The notes beneath the pieces are model-generated. The model worked only from the letters and a program-made list of their open reading frames with translations. It was not told the origin of the DNA and did not search any database. A DNA stretch of 63,890 nucleotides, the filler included, from Choristocarpus tenellus KU-1152 (Eukaryota > Protista > Phaeophyceae), in assembly GCA_964200185.2 (NCBI GenBank). It is 13 parts of 13 records of this genome, joined end to end, with 100 filler letters (N's around TTAATTAATTAA, not from the genome) between each part and the next. Parts side by side here need not be neighbours in the genome. Positions count along the whole stretch, not along the records: positions 35,360 to 39,140 come from CAXNAD020017960.1; positions 39,241 to 46,913 come from CAXNAD020005776.1; positions 47,014 to 50,584 come from CAXNAD020019194.1; 10 more parts are not named here. One strand, given 5' to 3'. The translations under genes were made by a program, and so were the position numbers. Numbering within the stretch: position 1 is the stretch's first letter; each line of letters opens with the position of its first letter. Positions 35,824-48,330 of this stretch are shown one piece after another.

Positions 35824-38800
35824 CTGTATATTGGCATGGAAGAAGAGGAGACCTATCAGCATCTTCTTGAATTCATCCCTTTTTACACAGGTCTCCCAGT
35901 CCTCTTCCTTCAACAGGTTTGTCCACGACCTATCAGAGGAGATCAACAAATGACAAAGAGAAAAGTGATGGTTAATTAGTACTCCAGAGTAGTTCTTTTG
36001 CTGAATATTCGTGTGGGCAAGCATTGTCGAGGGGAGGCCAGGAAGAATGATGAAGTGGGTGCATCAGTGTGGAAAATAAGGGAACACATGCTACTTGCAC
36101 TTTTGTGCATGCGTTGGCATCACACCCTCTTCATGAGTGATAATGCCAATTACATAGTTCATAATGTTTGAGGTAGCAGGGTTTGCGAGGCGAAAATGTT
36201 CTGTTGACCCAACATGACAACTGGGCTCTTCCACTGGTATTAAAATTATTCTGTTGTAAAATACATTATTGTCATTATTTCAACTAGAAAGATCCCCATA
36301 TATATGGTCGAATTGTATGGCAGCAGTACACATGGTCACCCCACAAAATCACTCCAATCTCCTCCCTACAATAATAGGCATGAGCATCCCTGGCCAGTCA
36401 TACGTTCTGTGTCATGTGTTCTGCTACACATGGCCCTGTGCCTCTATTGTCCACCCACCTCGAAACATTGGCCTTTATCCCCTTCGGAGGCTCATTGGTC
36501 ATCTTCACTCCATTTTGGAGAATTGAAACGGGAAAGTATAGTGCTGGTGCGCTCGTAAGGTACAGTCGGAAGGATTCATGGTTGGTTGATGCATTGCTCC
36601 CCAAGCCGAACACTATCTTTTCTAGGTCCAACATCCATGACTTGGCAAGCCTGTAGGGGTTGTGCGGACAAAGAAGGAACAGTAAAACTCTTAGAGGATA
36701 TTTATGAGGTATACTGAGGTTGATTTTCATGCTTTCAGGACATGCTGAGTCTTGCCCCTATTCAGGGCACACTTCCCATTGGAGCACACCATTTTGGGCA
36801 AGGTGGGCAGCATTACTAGTGGGACAAAGGAACACATTCCCCTGGGGAAGGGGATGTTGTTGAAGAGAAGATGTGGCCAATTTCCACATGGCGGGAGTAC
36901 TCACATGCAATTCTGGAGAAGAACCCAATCACCAGTCTTGGTACCCTTCTCAACTAGGTCGGCAGCATAAGGCCCCTGGCCCTGTCCCAACGAGACCAGG
37001 CTCAGACGGTCTGCATAGCCCATCACCTTTGATCGGGAACAGTTTCACATTACGAGCAATCAGGGTAGGCAACAGGGCTGGGGTTAGCTGCTATTGTGAA
37101 TCTGAGAGCAGAGGAAAAGCGATGAGGTTGCAAGATAGGGTGGAGATGGATGAGAAAGAAGGGGATAGAGTATACAAAGAAGAGTGTCGTACACTATGTA
37201 GTATACACTGAGTTTAATCCTAAGTTGCATTCAGAACCTGTTATTTCGATAAGAAACATCAGGATCATACTGATACCTTTCAGAGCTGGTCTACAATGAT
37301 GACTAACGAGTCTAATGCCAGCTAGATATTGTTGGACAATTTTGGGCTTCATCGTAATGTTTCTTCTGGGGTTGTTATCATTAATAGGTACATTTGCAAG
37401 GTTATTTTAGTTTGAGCGTTCTTCCTGAGAGTGGGAGGATAGCATCCATGCCCTGTAACTACAAAATAATTGAAGCAGCTACATATATGATCCTATTTGT
37501 ACATTCCTTCAACAAGAACCGCACAGCCCAATTTTGGGTCTCTTTCTAGAAGACCATTTTGTTATTTATACTTTTAGTAGCATCAAGAGGCAAGGATGTC
37601 TGTGATGGCAGAGCAGCAATGTGTTGCCTGGCAGCTCCAATAACTATCAGATGGGGTAGGAGATTGGGGCTTTATCCCCACTACCGTGTAACTTGACAAT
37701 GTTGTGATATTGATCCTTAACCCTGACTGCATGTGCAAAACACATACAGAAAGTGAGACACTAACCTTTGCAAACCGCAGCAACATTGAGGTGGGGTCCG
37801 CCCCAGTTGAGAGAATGAAGATGCAAGGCGTTTTGTTGTCCAGGTCTCGATAGATATCCTCCATTGATGCTGCAGGGCTGGCGTGTGGATGAGAATTTTC
37901 GTTAGGGACTTAGGAGGTTGGTTAAAGAGAAGGAATGGACGTATATGTGTTTATTTCCCATTGAGTAATTTTTTCATCTGGGAACATTTCCACTACCGAT
38001 CTAGATCCTGTTACTTAGATTTCTCCAGGCATTCGAACATACATGATACTAAAACATGTATGTTTTATTTTTACCTTTTTGGGCTCTTAGATTACATAGA
38101 GGTGGGCATTATGCCAAGTATAGAACATTGACATCATCCCAAGTGGTACATTGGACTTCAAACTACGTTTGACCTGCTGAAGTGCCTCAAATTATGACTT
38201 CAGACGAGGAAAGGAGGGTACCGAAACAACTTGCTGTAGTCTACAGTCTGCGCCTCCCATACAGGCCGAGATTAAACTGGTCTTCTTGACTCTCACCCTC
38301 TTCTTCGGACACATCATAGTGCTATACATCGCCATCCATACTTTCAAGACTCTGCTGCTCTCTTCATGCATTCTCTCTAGTGTAATCACACAAACGTATG
38401 CACGCCATCCATCACTTACCTCTCGGCAAAGGTACTTCCCAATTTTTCCCCTACAAATTTTCCCACACATTGGAGGAGCTGATCCTCCCTGAAAGCTTTG
38501 ATGAGCAGAAGCTTTTGGAAGGAGTTGATTCTCTCCGCGAATCCCCCTGGGAGTTGGGCCACCCCAGGACCCTCTTCTTCATTATCCGCCCACGCAGTCC
38601 ATTCCTCCCATTCCTCAGTGATACTCGTACAAAGGCCCTGAAGTGGAGGAGTTTCTCCTATTGAGCCTTCCTCTTCCTCTTCTTCTTGAGGGCTATTCTC
38701 TCCTCCCTTCCCTGCTCCCATGACCGCATTACCTCCACCAGTTACTCTCTCTTCCGAGGCAAATAGTAGATCCCACTGTTGCTGGGAAAGTTGTGACGGA

Positions 38801-39046
38801 GCTGGGTTGGGTGACTGCGTTGTCCTATCAACCGGCCCGGAACCCCTTAGGAAGAGGTTCCACTCCTCTCGGCGAATGTCCCCATTGTGTCGAAGGATCT
38901 GGAAGCAGATGAGAGCTGAGAAGAGAAGCTTATGCCTCTCAAAGAGACCACGGCAGATGTTTCCATAGATGACCCTGGTCGAGAAGGATATTAGTGTGGC
39001 TAGGCGCCGACCCAGATCTCTATCCTTCTCACTGTCATCAATACAC
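35824..39046 (-). CDS. Axonemal dynein heavy chain, single-headed inner-arm type (DNAH6-like), partial: region before AAA6 through AAA6. Exons 39046-38420, 37877-37766, 37026-36905, 36650-36459, 35929-35824
   Basis: Five GT-AG exons with compatible phases splice to CIDDSEK...[18 protein letters not shown]...[16 protein letters not shown]...[58 protein letters not shown]...[16 protein letters not shown]...FRLYLTS...[19 protein letters not shown]...LLFFHANIQ. These are canonical dynein heavy-chain motifs. Flanking exons lie outside this contig. Confidence 0.96.
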
Positions 39047-39075
39047 CTATTTTTTTTCGAAGAAATGGTAATTAA

Positions 39076-39140
39076 GAGCGAAAGTATCTTAGAGGGTACG
39101 AGTTTTGCCCTATATGTCCATTTGGGGCTTTGCTTCCCAT
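39076..39140. mobile_element. MITE family B left end in dynein intron, truncated by spacer
   Basis: GAGCGAAAGTATCTTAGAGGGTACGAG...GTCCATTTGGGG. Confidence 0.85.
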
Positions 39141-39240
39141 NNNNNNNNNNNNNNNNNNNNNNNNNNNNNNNNNNNNNNNNNNNNTTAATTAATTAANNNN
39201 NNNNNNNNNNNNNNNNNNNNNNNNNNNNNNNNNNNNNNNN

Positions 39241-40625
39241 CCCCCCCTTCGCCACTGTCCCACCACTTCCCAACATATTCCCAGCACCACTGATATTCTG
39301 GTTCAGCCTCACTGCCACCAGTTGCTGATACCATTTCCGACAGAACTCTGCCTCAACAGTATCACCACTCTTCTGAAAACTCATCCAATCTTGTTTAGCA
39401 GTCTTAAGCATTCCATCCAAATTTTGACTATCTTCCCAAGCAGTAGCCTTTTCTGCCATTATGTCTACATGCCTCCTCATGTCTCTAGCCGCATCACCCA
39501 ATGTGGATACGAGGGCACCAATAATGTGGCCATCCATCCTACTTTTTTTCCTTGACTCTGCTTCCAACCTAGCCCAGACACCCTCATTGCCTCCACACCC
39601 TCTACTGAAGAGGACTCCACCGAGCCCCTATCCTTGCTTAAGTCACATGAGGACATGGACCCTTCTTGTGGGGGTCCCTCTCTCACACTCATGTCAAAGT
39701 CTTGGAGTGCATCATTGGATGGGGGCCCATATACTGCAAACAGGAGAAGATTTGGAGGGACCCAACCATCTGGCATTATTTTTGGAGAGGGGGGAATAGG
39801 GGAAACCTGGGGCAAAGGTCTCCCCCCTGATCCAGGAGAGGGTAGTTCCTGGCAGGGCCTTTCTGGGGTGATTTTGGCAGGACTGGATGTGGGACATCCT
39901 GACTCAGACCCCACCACTTTAGCCTCGGTTGCTGCTGGAGATTCACCTTCGTCCTCCCCCCCCCCAACAAGGTCGATGGTGCTCCCAGTAATCCTCGATT
40001 TCTCCTGTTCCTCCCACGACAGGTCGCACAGCTTCTGGATGCAGCCCGTCTCCTGCTCCCCAGACCACAACTTTCCTCTGGGAACAAGAGTGGGAAGCAA
40101 GAAAAGTGTTGGATGTGTGTATGTTAAGATGCTCCCCATTGATCATTGTGATTATGGATTTCAGGTGTGTAACCTACGAAAGTGAAGTGCAATACAGCAG
40201 GAGCTCAAGCAACACCAACCATTGTACTCACGTCAGCCAGAGGGAGATGTACACGTTGGTGACAATCTTCTGTGCCTTAGTCCACCTGGATCATATCAAA
40301 GTGTTCGAACATAGGAATATCCCGGAATGGTCTTCTTCTCGGTTCCCAAGGTTGACTGCGCCAACACTTCCTTTGTTAGAGTTGGGGGGGGTCAAGTCTG
40401 GGGCTTCTTCTCCTAACCACTTCAAGAATCCAGGGACTGCTATCCATGTATGCTTGCATTGTCAAGGCATGTCTCGCATTCCGTGAAACGGTGCTTCTGC
40501 ATTCCTTCACGGACCTTGCCACATAGGCGGTGGGAACAGCTTCAAATGACCGGCAGTCATCTTTGAGCCACACGTATTCTTCAGTCTCCTGAGTACCCAT
40601 GATACTACAGCATTCAACTCGAAGC
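39241..40625 (-). mobile_element. Repeat family D copy 2
   Basis: Diverged inverted copy of 12982-14444 with about 100 nt more 5' sequence; adjoins a truncated Gypsy element. Confidence 0.6.
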
Positions 40626-40629
40626 CTAT

Positions 40630-43600
40630 ACCCATAACCCCATCCTCACAAGCCATGATTCAGTGTTCCAATAATCTTTTATCGGTATTGGCTCTCCAGC
40701 ATTAGATGTTACGGTGGAGTGGTGTGATGGTGATACTGGGAGGTCTTCTACAATACATGGCGTCGGCATAATCGAAATGAAACCTGTAGTATAACTTGCA
40801 ACAACCACAGGTGTGCCGTTCTCTTTTTCCTGTTCAGACTTTCAGTGAAAAGAAAAGCCAAACTGCAAGAAAGAACACGTGTATAGAAGATAGCCTTACC
40901 AAATACTAAAATGCAGTTGGATTACATGTTTTTTTTATCGAGGAACTTCAACTGTAATTGACTAATAATGAGAAAGGCTAAACAACATGATTATATAGGA
41001 TTACTATTGTCACAGGGTCAAAAACATGTTACACACTCACCACAGAGCACGAAGGAGTGGTACATGTATCACGTACGTGTTTTGTTGGCCTCCTTGTCAT
41101 GTGATGTCTCGCTGAAATGGTACACAAACTGTTGTGGAATGAGAGACGTTGTTCTTGCCAATCAAGGATTGCACCAAAGGCCTGCATAATTCTATTATCA
41201 AGCAGAATTTTATCGGGACCGAGTTGGGGAATCACTATTGCTTCAACTGGTAATGTGGTGTCACTAAGTGTAAGTGCAAAACGAATAAGTCCACGAATAT
41301 GCAATGGTGAACCGTTTGCAGTACATAGATTTATTGTACCAGGTGGGACAGGATGCACATCAAAACGTTTCAGTTGAGGGTGATTGCGAACAAATACTTC
41401 TGAAAAACATGGTACATCACTAGTTGTGTCAATAGTCAAGTCATTTCCCTTCTTGTTCTTCAACAGTGCCAGATACATGAACCCTTTGTGATGAAAACGA
41501 TAAAGGTTTGGGCATAGATGGGTATCTGCACAAAGAACTGTTAAACCAAGTTTCATTATTATTGCACGAGTTTGGTTGAACTGACGGCAAAGAAAAATGC
41601 TTAGGGACACGCGTGCAGGCAATAAATGATGCCTGAGGAGCAAGAGGTGTAACTGATGTCAACCTCCGATGCTTGCCACTCCCTATGGTGTCAACAACAC
41701 CATAACTATTCCCAAGTCGACAGGAGTCAAATCCACCTGGGCACCCCTAGGGACGAGGAGAATAATGGCCTGGTGTTGACTGTCTATCATCACGAACACA
41801 ACCACCATGACCCCTCCCTCTACGACGCAGGTATGGCCTAAAAGTGCCCTTCAGGTTGTCCAGGTACAACTGGGTTGTATGACCCTCACGAGTTGTTGCC
41901 TGACAACCCGGGTACTGACACACACTATTTTGGTGCTGATCAATGGTGTACTGGAGTGTAGATGTCCTTCCCAGCATAGTGTAATGTCTCCAGGGGTCAT
42001 GGTGATCTGTCAGTTGCACTGGCTGTGGTAGGTGGATGCGTCAACGACCGAGCTTGGGACCTGTTGAGGGTTGCTTCCCCTGCTTTTAAGCTGTCCTTGG
42101 CGATCTGTTGTCCCACACAACCAGTTATATTATTGTTTATTAGCTTGTATCACAATTGTGAAGAGAGTGAGATACCTTCATTAGGTGGGACTCACCAATC
42201 CTTATATTGAATGACTCAGAATACCAAATGACTCAACGTATCTCTAGTACACGTCAGAAACACTCCGACTCAAACAGTCCGCCGATTACTTCTGGTCAAA
42301 TACCCCGCCTAAATATCCCGAATGTTCCGCATTATCTTCTGTGCGTACATAAAATAATACTTCAAATCATATTCTCACCAATGGTCAAGCATAATCTTGA
42401 CACCCACTCGGTGACGTTCCACCTTCATACAGAGTCGTTGACATTCCTGTTGTAATTGGACAAAATCTGCACAAGGAACCTGTCCTCGATGAGGGTTATG
42501 GGTCACAGCACTAGTTTAAGTTGTTGGGGTGGACTTATTACCCGACAGATTGTTGGCTTCATGCCATCTGGCACGGTCATGAGCCTGGGCAAACGTGGTG
42601 GCAAGTTCTTCCCAAAGCTACTCAAGACGAACCGTAGGGAGTAAGCCGTCCTCCAACAGGGTTATTTTTAGTTGCTCGACAAGTAAAGTTGTTGTGTCGA
42701 CCGAATCTGAAGATGATTTTGTACGATAAACATCATCTAAAAAACGATTCATTGCTGTTGTGCCACATAAAGTATATTTGTCGACAGACTCAGTCTCTCC
42801 CTGTTTCAAGGATGTTAGTCTACGGGCTAATACACTGACGGCATGGGCAGAAGTAAATGTGTTGATCAAGGATTTCTGGACATCATCCCACGTCCTTGGA
42901 GGTGTATTGGGGACAGGGGTGTCAAGGGACGATTGCAATCGAGCCCAAACACTTGTTGAACGCCATTCTATCGTACCAGCCAATGCCTGAAAATAGAATA
43001 TTTCGGCAGGTCCTTGAAGAAGTTTCGGTGAAAATTCTACAGAATGAGCGTCAACTGTTTCAGGGGATGCAGGACTGTATTGACTAGAATGCAGAGATAT
43101 TGCCACATGCCATTTAGAGAATAGAAGTGGCAAATCTTCTTCCCCAGAACCTGTTATTGTCAGACCATACGGGATTTCCGAAGCAAAAAACCTAAAACAA
43201 CTCCCTTCTGACAGTGGTTGTGGGTGCAAGACGTCGCTATTCAGTTCAATGGATCTTACGTGATTGATGCCCGTTCCCTGAACTTGAAGCTTTAGCAGAT
43301 CCTGAAGTCATTCAGGAGGCATAGTGTTTGTTTTCATGCACTCATTCACATGGTGTGCAATGAACGCTGGTACAGCATCTCCGTTTGGCTCTGCAAAATG
43401 GCTACCTCACAAGTAGTGGAACTTGGAGGCGAGACAGGTTCGTCCTGAAAGAGGACCCGACGAGTGTCACTATCACCCAAGCTAACATGATGCTCTAAGG
43501 TCAATGACACGGGTCTGATATGAACCTGACGATCTGTTGAGGGAGAAGGGGGGTAACCTCGTCTACGTTTGGCAATTGTCATGTTACTAGACGAAGTGGA

Positions 43601-44192
43601 CGAGAGATTAGATGAGTCAGAGTTGTGATTTGTTGAGGACTCCATATCCTCTGTAGACTCGTGTCCCTGAACTTCTTCTTCTGGTATTCTGGACGGTTCC
43701 AGATGTGGGGTCAGACGCTCCTGTTCACAACGTTTTCGCCTCGATCTTGAATTCGGCATGTTTCGTCCGTGGTCAAACAAAAATTACCCATCACCCTATT
43801 TCTGAGTTCACCAGTGTCGCCAATGTGAATCATGTGATTCTGTGGCGGCATGGTTCATTTAGATAAGGGTGGCGAAGAGAATCACCGGGCAAGACGGACC
43901 AGACGAACCAAGACGAACCATAACTGAGAGTATGAGGTTAAGGTCGGACAAGTGCAAGACTGCAAGGACTTGCAGGGAAAGTTGAGGAGTGATGAGCATC
44001 TTCAGAGAGGGGGCTTCATCACCACCAGTCAAGATGGGAGAACAAAGTTAACCTTTCATGTGCGACAGCTCTGAATGACGAGCTGTCCCAAGTCTGTGGG
44101 ATTGGTCTCATGAAGAGATTCCATGGTTTCATTCTGATGGAAGGTCCGCCAGTGGAATCATGGATGCTTGACTAGGAACATCAATCATTACA
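40630..44192 (-). mobile_element. Ty3/Gypsy 5' half: LTR (44192-43824), PBS, gag, protease; truncated before RT
   Basis: LTR TGTAATG...ATTCACA is followed by PBS TGGCGACACTGGTG (43822-43809). Gag has WDDVQKSLINTF...LTSLKQGETESVDKY; protease has LTIDTTSDVPCFSE...TANGSPLHIRG...ILLDN. Confidence 0.88.
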
Positions 44193-44499
44193 GCGGTATA
44201 ATGGTATGACGGTATATGCCATACAGCAATAATGGTATAATAACAGACAAACATGCTTTCAACACTATATATTTTATAGTCTATTTTATTATTATACCCT
44301 CTGACATTTTGCAGATGTGTCAGGGGGAAACCAATGAAAACTATTCACATGTCAGTATACCCTAAGGAAGTAAAATATGTCACATTATTATAATATATAT
44401 ATATATATATATTTTTTAATTATATTATATTATGTTATTATCCCCTCTAATATGTTATTCGTGTGTCAGTTAAAAACCAATTCAATATCATAACAATAA

Positions 44500-46913
44500 T
44501 ATATATATATGAGTTGGAGGACAGGGTGGGGTTGGTACTGCGATGGAGGACCGTGACAGTACATGGGACGGGCAAGGGAGAGGAACAAATGACAACAGAG
44601 GACACAGGACCACTGCGAGAATAGATGCACAGGTTTCACAGGATGGCAAATGTCTGACGGAGAGTGGGTCACCATACTCAATGAGGAGGAGATAGGAGTC
44701 TGTGAAAAGAGGTATGACTGGGACCCAATGGCCAACCTCTCCCACAGAGAACCCTAACCCATGCCCATTTCCCACGCCACCTCACACTGCAATCTTTCCC
44801 TATCTGCATCTCCCAGATCCAATTGCCAATATTCCCCTTCACCTGTCACACCCCTCGACCTAGGTTGTGCTTCGACCCTTTTCCTCAACGCCTGTCCCCA
44901 ACACCCTATCCCATGCCCCACCTGCAGCTTACTGGGAACTCCCGAATTCTCTTACGTTGCCATGGAGAAGAGTGTGGGAACTGAAGTCGTCCTTCAATCC
45001 GTCCGCACACAACCATCCTCTACACCTTTCGCCATCCAACCTTATTGCCTACTCTCCATCACATAACCTCACCCCCCAGCCCCTTCCCCTTCATTCCCTC
45101 CCTGCCCAAGCTGCCTAGAGTCGCTCTCTCTGGGCCAAAGGGCACCATCCCTTGTGGTTGCTCGCTCCACCCCACCTGAATGGTCAGCCTCTGTGAAGAT
45201 GCAAGCCAGCCTTTCACATGCCATCACTGTAGAACATGCTTGCCCATTCCCACCCTCTTCAATCAAACCTACATCACCCTCACCAACCAAAGATCCCACC
45301 CCCTCTCCCTAGCCAGCTTACAGCTCATTTAAATAACACCACTGCAGCCCAAATCCAATTTTCTCATCACACATCCCAAGGCAGAACTTACACCCTACCA
45401 ACCTCACCCCATAGGCCAAGGCACCCCTTTCACACTCACCCCAACCCACACTTGACTCAGATTTGGAGCCAGACCTGATCCGATTGTCTGACTCAATGAC
45501 CCCAGAACCCTGGCCCGCTCACTACCCCCCAACCCAACCCCCTGTGCTACTTAAACCTTCTCCGGATGGTCTAAATGAGAGCAAATAGCAACTTTGCACC
45601 AGGCCCCGACGTGATACACCTCTGCCATATTGGATCAGCCATCATGACAAATGTTGGCCATGAAGAAGTAGTGAAGGTTTTTGCTCAGCTTTGGGAGCTA
45701 GCCTACACGTCCTCGGACTCTTTACCTCCTAGTAGTGGAAGGTCCACACTACTTCCAGACTGTCCACAATTGAAGAGAAGTGCCAGCGGATCACCTGTGA
45801 CTCTTTCTTTAGAAGAGCATATGCTTCAGCCTTCTGTGCAGACTGGTGCCTCTACCTGGAAGAACATTTTGGAGGAATGGGGCAGTTTGAAGTAGGGGTC
45901 GCAAATGTGGTGGAGCATGCCTTACTAGGCATTCGCCTAAGGAGAGTGTGGCAAATGGATCATTAGTCTAGATGGAAGAATGCCTTAAACAGCGCACGCC
46001 ACTCAGCCTTCATCGAGGCTCTTTCTGAAACCCTACCAGGAATCCTACCGTATGTGTCCAAGGTATATGGGGACACCTGTGATCTTCTCCTCCTGGATGA
46101 GGGAGGGATGAAGATAATGCCATCAAAGTTAGCGGCACAACAAGGGGACTGGCTTGACCCTCTCCTATACTGCATGGCAACCACCAAAGCTCTACAGTGG
46201 GTCCAGTCTACCCTTGGACCCCAGGGGGTCTCCTCCGAAGTTATCTGGATGACACACCCATTTCTGCACGGGAGACAAACTGGCATAACAATAGTTTCTT
46301 TTGAGCACCTGAAAACTGATCTACACAAGGCCACAGCGGGAATCAACTTGGCCCTGAACCCAAATGCTTTTCTTACACTAGGAGCTCCATTAGGAACTGA
46401 TGAATTCATGCAAGACCACATGGCTGGGGTGATCACGAGCTCAGGGTCAAGTATTCTGACCACACACCTCAGTGAGATGGAGGACAAACAAGTTGCCTGA
46501 CTACTCAACTCCTCGTCCCTCTATACCCACTTAGGTTATTTGGTAAGGGCCACTCTCCCCCACCTGGCAAGCTCCACCATAGAACAAACAGACAATATCT
46601 CACTGTGGATACTAGAGAAGATATTGGAGGTAGTAGACTCAGCTGGAGTCACTGACTTCTTCAAAGGGGTGTGTGAAAGTGGGTCTCATTACCTGGAAAC
46701 ATACCAAAACAAGTACAGGCACAGATGCCCACAAGTTAGGGGGGGTTGGGCCTATCCTCCATGGAACACTGCCAGCATTCAGCCTTTGTAGGACCACCGG
46801 TGGTCACTCTCCTCTCCCTTTTAGCAAGGCAACAAGGGCCTCGTGGAGAGTCTTTCTCACAAGTCATCTGTATGAGCCCCACAGTTAGGGCTCTGGGATC
46901 ATCCATTCATACC
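44500..46913 (+). mobile_element. Decayed CRE-clade non-LTR retrotransposon: 5' region, tandem RING fingers, RT
   Basis: APGPD, QFE*GVANVVEH, SLDGR.A.NS, LPYVSKVYG, AQQGDWLDPLLYC, YLDD (in a shifted frame) and TLGAPLGTDEFM are characteristic CRE-type RT motifs. A RING remnant LDLGCA...PIPCPTC lies upstream. Confidence 0.82.
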
Positions 46914-47013
46914 NNNNNNNNNNNNNNNNNNNNNNNNNNNNNNNNNNNNNNNNNNNNTTAATTAATTAANNNNNNNNNNNNNNNNNNNNNNNNNNNNNNN
47001 NNNNNNNNNNNNN

Positions 47014-47275
47014 ACATGCCACATACTCCAAGAATAACAAGGCATTGTGGTTCCTCCTTCTGCAAACAACGAAAGGATCAGCATCCACGATTGTCGCCAA
47101 GTACGAAAATGGAGGTCAACCAGACGGCAGAGGAACTTGGTTGGAACTAGAATGAGTCTACGGTGGACGCGCGGAGGACGAAATCCCCGTACAAGTCATC
47201 ACGTTGGAGGCAAAACTCCGCAAATTACGGTGCACAGCGTCTCAGGACAGCACCGATTTTGGTGCAATTGAAAAG
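47014..47275 (+). mobile_element. Copia-type gag fragment
   Basis: NKALWFLLLQTTKGSASTIVAKYENGGQPDGRGTWLELE*VYGG, matching the DG..AW..L...Y motif; one TGA. Confidence 0.6.
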
Positions 47276-48330
47276 CGTGGGAATGGGTAAGTGTGTTCCA
47301 CAGTAGGGGCATGTGAGAGGGTGGTTGGAATCTTCACGGAGGCTAACCATGCAGTTGAGGTGGAGTGAGCACCCACAGGGGAGGGTGCCTTGGTGATCTG
47401 AGGGGAGAGGCTCTAGACAGCCCGGGCAGCGAGGGAATGAAGGGGGAGGGGCTGGGGGGCGGGGGCGTGGGATAGAGAGTAGGTAGAATGGTGGGATGGC
47501 AAAAGGGGTGGAGGACGATTTTGAGTGGATGGATTCCAGCACGACTTCGCTTCCCACACTCCCCTCTATGGCAGCGTAGTAATGTTCAGGGCTGGCAGTG
47601 GTACTACAGGTGGGGCACGGGATGGGATGTAGGGGTCTGGCGTGGAGGTATAGAGCCGAGGCACAGCCCAGATCCAGTGAGTGTGTACAGGAGAAAGGGG
47701 GTACTGGCTGTTGTATCTGGGAAAAACAGATCGCACAGTGTTCCGGTGTGAGCTGCGGACATGGTTGTTGGGATTGACGAGGGTTGGGGTCCCTGGTGGG
47801 TGAGGCTGGCCTTTGAAGCCCCGCAATATCTCTTACCACCGCCTCTCCTGCCTCCTCCTCCTCCTCGTAGCTGTGTAGAGGTGGCTCCCTCTCCCTGCTA
47901 CCATCGTTGTGTGCCACTACCACCTCTCTGGCCCCACCTCCTTATGTGCTAACTCGGTTTCCGTCCAGGCTTCGCCATCCTGCAGAGACGAAACGTGTCT
48001 ACCTATTCCCGAAGAGAAGTGGTGTGCTCTGCTTATGTACCCCCCTTGCCCGTGCCTATCTCGTGGGTCGCCATTCCCATCTTCGTTCACCTCCACCTCG
48101 TCCCCATGTGGGCCCATTCCGTTCTTTGTCCATTCTTCTCCGTCCTGCGAGATCGAAACCTATGCATCTATTCCCGGAGCTGGGTAACCCCTCGACTTAT
48201 AATATTTATTCTTTTTCATTGCCTGTCTCGTGTACCGTCATCGCCTTCCTCCATCACCTCCACAACCCCATCCCCTCCTCCTTCAACTTTCTTATCAACT
48301 TAACATTGCCTGTTTCACGCTCTAGTAGCC
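47276..48330 (-). mobile_element. Second copy of the CRE-like element's 5' part with an intact double-RING frame (ORF 47225..47923)
   Basis: Homologous to 44500-45300 at DNA level (GAATAGATGCA(C/T)AGGTTTC) and protein level (LDLGCAS.L.L.A.P.HPIPCPTC...SVG.EVVL.S....SSTPFAI.P). Confidence 0.8.
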
